In this document: positions 40,995-44,935 of the stretch, in pieces
Position numbering within the stretch: the first letter of the stretch is position 1
How the letters are laid out: each line of letters opens with the position of its first letter
From: Bacteroidota bacterium
GTDB taxonomy: Bacteria > Bacteroidota > Rhodothermia > Rhodothermales > JBCCMF01
Assembly (NCBI GenBank): GCA_039026435.1
Contig: JBCCMF010000002.1
Coordinates: 1 to 44,935 of the forward strand
Reading direction: 5' to 3'
Length of the DNA stretch: 44,935 nt
Notes under the pieces: model-generated
Databases searched by the model: none
Told to the model about the DNA's origin: nothing
What the model saw: only the letters and a program-made list of their open reading frames with translations
Position numbers and translations under genes: made by a program

Positions 40995-41074
40995 GTGGGG
41001 CGTGTGTAGATGCAACGTGTGGCGCGGCAAGATAAGCGATGCGCAGTACACGATTAGGACTTGTGATCGACACA

Positions 41075-41215
41075 TCCATAATCATCACATCTTAATTGTA
41101 AACATATTTTTGACATACAAATAGGATTTTACATACTCATTTAACACTCAAAAGTCCCAAATTATAATACATTGCACTATATTTTTAACATGTTCAAAAT
41201 ATGCTAAAATGTATA
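41075..41215. other. Strongly AT-rich intergenic island with repeated ACAT motifs
   Basis: About three quarters A+T in a high-GC context. TTGTAAACATA, TTTTGACATA, TTTTACATA, TTTAACAC and TTTTAACATG. Confidence 0.8.
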
Positions 41216-43384
41216 TCCAGTGCTGACGTAGTAGCTCCACGCGGCGCCACTGCCTAGCGAAAACCCGCCCGAAACGGGACCAAACGGCGTTCGGATGGCA
41301 AGCAGGCCGTAGTAGCTGAAAAAGTCGCGGCTAGGTCCGCTCGCCGATGCGTTCGTGTAGCCCAGCGTGAACATGACGGCGTCCTCTGCGCGTCCGATGT
41401 GCGCTCCCGTCCGCAGCACTTCAGCAGACGATGCAGACCAGGCGTAGGGGGCGAGCCCTGGCACGCGTACACGGTGGGTGTCAAACGCAGGTGCAGGCTC
41501 GAAGCCGCCCAGGAAGTAGCCACTGCCTAGGTCAACGGCTTCTGTGTCTGCCACCTTATCCCAGAGCGGGATGCCAAGCAGCGTGTACGTCGTCATGTCC
41601 AGTTCCACAAATACGCTGAGCCAGCGTGTCAGGGGTTGTGCCAGTGCCATATGGCCTGCGAAGCGGGCGAGGCGCTCCTCATACCGCTCTCCGAAGCCCT
41701 CAATGTCAGCCAGCAGGGATCGTTCATAGGCGAGGTGCAGTCGAGCGCCTCGTGTCATGCGGTGGGGTTGATGCATCGCGTTAGACTTCTCGAAGCGGAA
41801 GCGCGCACCCAGTGCAAGGGACCTGATCTCCTGGTCGAGCGCGGGTAATAGACCGTAGCGGACCTGACTGTTCGTCTCAAAGGCGGCATGCCGCGAGCGC
41901 AGCCACTCCAGGGCGACAGCGGCGCGGACCTGCGTGTGATCGCGTCGCACCTGGCGATCCGACAGATCCAACGGAAGCGGGCGACGCTGCGCCTCAATAC
42001 CGATGCGGAAGTCACCGAGCACAGGGACGGGGAAGGGCACGGCATACTGGAAGCGACTCTGCAGAAAGGCCCCCAGATGGGCCTCGGCATGAACGGCGCC
42101 AGCCAGTGCGGCGTGCCGCAGCCGCACCTGGGCGGCGATGTTCTCTTCGGTATCGTAGCGCAGCCCAATCCCGACCCAGTTGTTTTGGCGCCGCTGTGCC
42201 TCTACGACCACGTCCACGCTGCCACTGGCGGCGCGCTCTAGCCGATACGCCAACGTGGCCCATCCGCCTCGTTCGTACTCGTTGGCTAACCGCCGCTCCA
42301 GCCGCGCCTGCGGCATAGGCTGTCCGGCACGCAGCCCGATGCGCTTCAGCAGCCGACGCGCACGCCCTCGCGTCACACCCTCTACACGCACCTCGGCTAC
42401 CGGAATCAGACCGCTGGTCAGAAACCGATTGGCCGGATTGCGCGGGCGGAGCGGAATGCCCGCCTCGCGGAGCACCTGCCGGATCTCGGGCAAGGCCGCC
42501 TGTGCCGCCACGCGGCCCGCCTCGATCGTCTCTTCCACTTGATCGAACGCCGTCATCGCCTCGACCGGGGCGGGCGCGATGAGTACGTCGGCGTTAGGAA
42601 ACTCGGCCTCGGCGTTCTTGCGCCGCCAGATGTCCAGCGTGGCGCCGAGGACAGCGGCTGCGTTGCGCGCAATCGCCTCGTCGGCGGGCGGCACGCCCGT
42701 GAAGACGGCGATGGTGACGTCGGCGCCCAGCGTGCGCGCCTCGCTCACGGGCAGGTTTTGCACGATGCCACCGTCGATGTAGCTGGCGCCGTCGATCTCA
42801 ACGGGCGGGAGCAGGCCGGGAATGCTCATGCTAGCAAGCACAGCCGTGCGCAGGTTGCCGCCCGTAAACAGCCGCTTGTCGCCCGTCTGGAGGTTAGCGG
42901 CCACGCAGCCAAATGGGATGGGCAGCGTGGTGAAGTCCTCGACCAACTGCGCCGACGCGTGGAGGCGCGACAGCAACGTGAGGATCGGCTGGTTGGCCAT
43001 CAGCCCTTCGGGCAAGGCGAGCTTGGTACCGCGAATCGGTAAGGCAAAGAGCAGCGAACGGGCCTCGGGCGACGGTGTGCTGTAGCGCAGCGCGTCGGCC
43101 GAGAACGGAAACAGGGCCGCCCAGTCCTGCGCCAGCACCAGGGCCTCCAACTCACTTGCCGAGTAGCCCAGCGCATACAACGAGCCCACCACGCTGCCCA
43201 TGCTCGTGCCCGTCAGCACATCGACGGGGATGTCATTGGCCTCCAAGACCTGCAGCACGCCGATGTGCGCCAAACCGCGTGCGCCGCCACCGCCGAGCAC
43301 CACGCCGACCTTCGGCGCCTCTTGTGCCCATATCGGCCACGCACTTGCCCACAGCAGCGCGAGCACTATCCCCCATCGTCGCAT
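41204..43384 (-). CDS. Patatin-like phospholipase with POTRA-like and beta-barrel domains (PlpD/type Vd-like)
   Basis: GGGARG, GTSMG and DGG motifs, signal peptide, C-terminal barrel signature YVSTGYTF. Confidence 0.88.
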   Translation of the reverse strand: MRRWGIVLALLWASAWPIWAQEAPKVGVVLGGGGARGLAHIGVLQVLEANDIPVDVLTGTSMGSVVGSLYALGYSASELEALVLAQDWAALFPFSADALRYSTPSPEARSLLFALPIRGTKLALPEGLMANQPILTLLSRLHASAQLVEDFTTLPIPFGCVAANLQTGDKRLFTGGNLRTAVLASMSIPGLLPPVEIDGASYIDGGIVQNLPVSEARTLGADVTIAVFTGVPPADEAIARNAAAVLGATLDIWRRKNAEAEFPNADVLIAPAPVEAMTAFDQVEETIEAGRVAAQAALPEIRQVLREAGIPLRPRNPANRFLTSGLIPVAEVRVEGVTRGRARRLLKRIGLRAGQPMPQARLERRLANEYERGGWATLAYRLERAASGSVDVVVEAQRRQNNWVGIGLRYDTEENIAAQVRLRHAALAGAVHAEAHLGAFLQSRFQYAVPFPVPVLGDFRIGIEAQRRPLPLDLSDRQVRRDHTQVRAAVALEWLRSRHAAFETNSQVRYGLLPALDQEIRSLALGARFRFEKSNAMHQPHRMTRGARLHLAYERSLLADIEGFGERYEERLARFAGHMALAQPLTRWLSVFVELDMTTYTLLGIPLWDKVADTEAVDLGSGYFLGGFEPAPAFDTHRVRVPGLAPYAWSASSAEVLRTGAHIGRAEDAVMFTLGYTNASASGPSRDFFSYYGLLAIRTPFGPVSGGFSLGSGAAWSYYVSTGYTF

Positions 43385-43459
43385 GCTATACAGAGCAGAT
43401 CAGCAGAAACGTGCGCCAAGATGCGGCAGGTTGCGCATCAGATTCAACGCCTATCAAAT

Positions 43460-44095
43460 TTAACCCTGTGCTTTCAGCCACGCCTCGGTGATACCGCCGC
43501 CCTGGCCGTTCGTCCGCTCCAGCCATCCCACCACGTACTTGCCGATCATGTCGAACTCGACGTTGATGGCATCGCCCGGCTTCCACATGTTGATGACCGT
43601 GTTGTCGTAGGTATGCGGGATGATGGCGACGGTGGCCGTGTGCTCATCGAGCCGCGCCACGGTCAGGCTGATGCCGTCGAGCGCGATGGAGCCCACAGGG
43701 ATGACGTACGCAGCGAAGCGCTCGGGGAAGCGGACGGTGTAGAGCCAGTTGGTCTGCTCCTGCTGCACCGATACGACGGTGCCCGTGGCATCCACGTGGC
43801 CTTGCACGATGTGCCCGTCCAGCCGCGCCGTGGGCCGCATCGCCCGCTCCAGGTTGACAAGCTGCCCAGTGCGTAGCTGCCCGAACGTGGTCTTGCGCAG
43901 CGTCTCCTCGATGGCGATGACGTCGAACGTGTCGTTCGTCTGCGCCACCACGGTCTGGCACGCCCCGTTGATCGCCACGCTCTCGTCCACGCGCAGCTCG
44001 CCCGCAAACGGCGCCGCCACGGTCAGCCGCTTGCCACCGCCCAGGTCGTGAACGGCCGCGATGCTCCCGACGGATTCGATGATTCCAGTAAACAT
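43460..44095 (-). CDS. ribE: Riboflavin synthase (alpha-type; ribC in E. coli nomenclature)
   Basis: MFTGIIE, SVAINGAC, VNLERA, GHIVQGHVD and GSIALDGISLTV. Confidence 0.97.
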   Translation of the reverse strand: MFTGIIESVGSIAAVHDLGGGKRLTVAAPFAGELRVDESVAINGACQTVVAQTNDTFDVIAIEETLRKTTFGQLRTGQLVNLERAMRPTARLDGHIVQGHVDATGTVVSVQQEQTNWLYTVRFPERFAAYVIPVGSIALDGISLTVARLDEHTATVAIIPHTYDNTVINMWKPGDAINVEFDMIGKYVVGWLERTNGQGGGITEAWLKAQG

Positions 44096-44121
44096 GATGG
44101 GATAGATTTACGTGTTGAAGG

Positions 44122-44935
44122 TCAGTACAGCGCCATGTCGAAGCGACGGCGGTAGGTGCGGACGGACGGATGCTGGTCGCCGAGTAGCACAAACAGCGCG
44201 ATGCAGGCCTTCCGCGAGGTGTCGTCATCGTAATAGCGGTTGCGCTGGACTACATCGATGAAGCCCTCAAGCGCGGCGTCGAAGTTGCGGGCGAGCACGG
44301 CCTTTGCGGCGTCGATGTAAGCGGGCTTCACGGGGTCATCCGGCAGCGCCTCGGGCGCGCCAGTCACCGCCTGCAGATGCGCCAGCGTGCGTACCGCCTC
44401 TTGAACCTGCAGATACTGCGGCCCCGCAAACGCAGCCGCCTCCACGAGCACGAGTGCTTCCTCGGGCTGCGAGAACGCGAGGAGTTGCGCCAGTAGCACG
44501 CCTGCTTCGGGGTGATTCGGCTCCTCAACCAGAATGGTGCGCAGCAGCGACTCAGCGTCGTCTGTGTTGCCTGCCTGCATCAGCACTTTCGCTTGGGCCA
44601 GACGCGCCTTGTTCTCGCTGGGCAGCGCCTTCTCCAGCCATTGCCGGATGGCGTACTCAGGCAGCGCGCCCGTGAACTCGTCGACGACCTCGCCGTGGTG
44701 GAACAGCTTCACCGCCGGGATACCGCGCACGTGGTAGCGCTGCGACAGCTCGGGGTTCTGGTCGGAGTTTACCTTGACGAGCGTCCAAGTGTCGGCGTGC
44801 TCGCCAGCGAGCTTTTCGAGCACAGGGCCGAGCACGCGGCACGGCCCGCACCACGGCGCCCAGAAGTCGACGAGGATCGGGCGGGTCTGGCTCGCCTCGA
44901 TGACCTCAAGCTGAAAGTCGTGAACGTCGTAGGCC
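44122..44935 (-). CDS. Thioredoxin-TPR protein (CnoX/YbbN family), start just outside the window
   Basis: Frame reads from the window edge AYDVHDF...LVDFWAPWCGPCRVLGP; C-terminal TPR-like helices ending YRRRFDMALY. Confidence 0.9.
   Translation of the reverse strand, partial: AYDVHDFQLEVIEASQTRPILVDFWAPWCGPCRVLGPVLEKLAGEHADTWTLVKVNSDQNPELSQRYHVRGIPAVKLFHHGEVVDEFTGALPEYAIRQWLEKALPSENKARLAQAKVLMQAGNTDDAESLLRTILVEEPNHPEAGVLLAQLLAFSQPEEALVLVEAAAFAGPQYLQVQEAVRTLAHLQAVTGAPEALPDDPVKPAYIDAAKAVLARNFDAALEGFIDVVQRNRYYDDDTSRKACIALFVLLGDQHPSVRTYRRRFDMALY

Noticed and set aside
41095-41200. dif site or oriC in the AT-rich island
   Set aside because: No XerC arm at the 6-bp spacing, no TTATCCACA-type boxes and no origin-associated genes nearby.

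Overview
High-GC (roughly 65% by eye) bacterial chromosomal window. It most likely comes from a Rhodothermota-like member of the FCB group, inferred from the rpsF-rpsR-rplI operon without ssb, a T9SS-type C-terminal sorting domain next to a PorV-like barrel, and mostly Shine-Dalgarno-less starts. Housekeeping genes (dsbD, rpsF/rpsR/rplI, mrdA-rodA, riboflavin synthase, CnoX-like thioredoxin) are mixed with accessory envelope and signalling modules. No rRNA, tRNA, CRISPR array, transposase or prophage is visible. Best leads: (1) a sensor kinase/OmpR-type regulator/non-catalytic double jelly-roll cassette, with a shared TGACA-N5-TGACA box in front of both the kinase and the jelly-roll gene; (2) an ECF43-like sigma factor/Ser-Thr kinase pair split by a redoxin gene that is flanked by an exact 11-bp direct repeat; (3) three copies of a modular TGTC-type palindromic element, two nested inside a second ATACC...GGTAT inverted repeat; (4) a bacterial GTDC1/QTMAN-like (DUF3524) glycosyltransferase translationally coupled to a small unknown protein; (5) a T9SS-like cargo gene coupled to two NPA-motif barrel genes; (6) a very AT-rich island with repeated ACAT motifs. 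All family calls come from motif recognition by eye, not from database searches.
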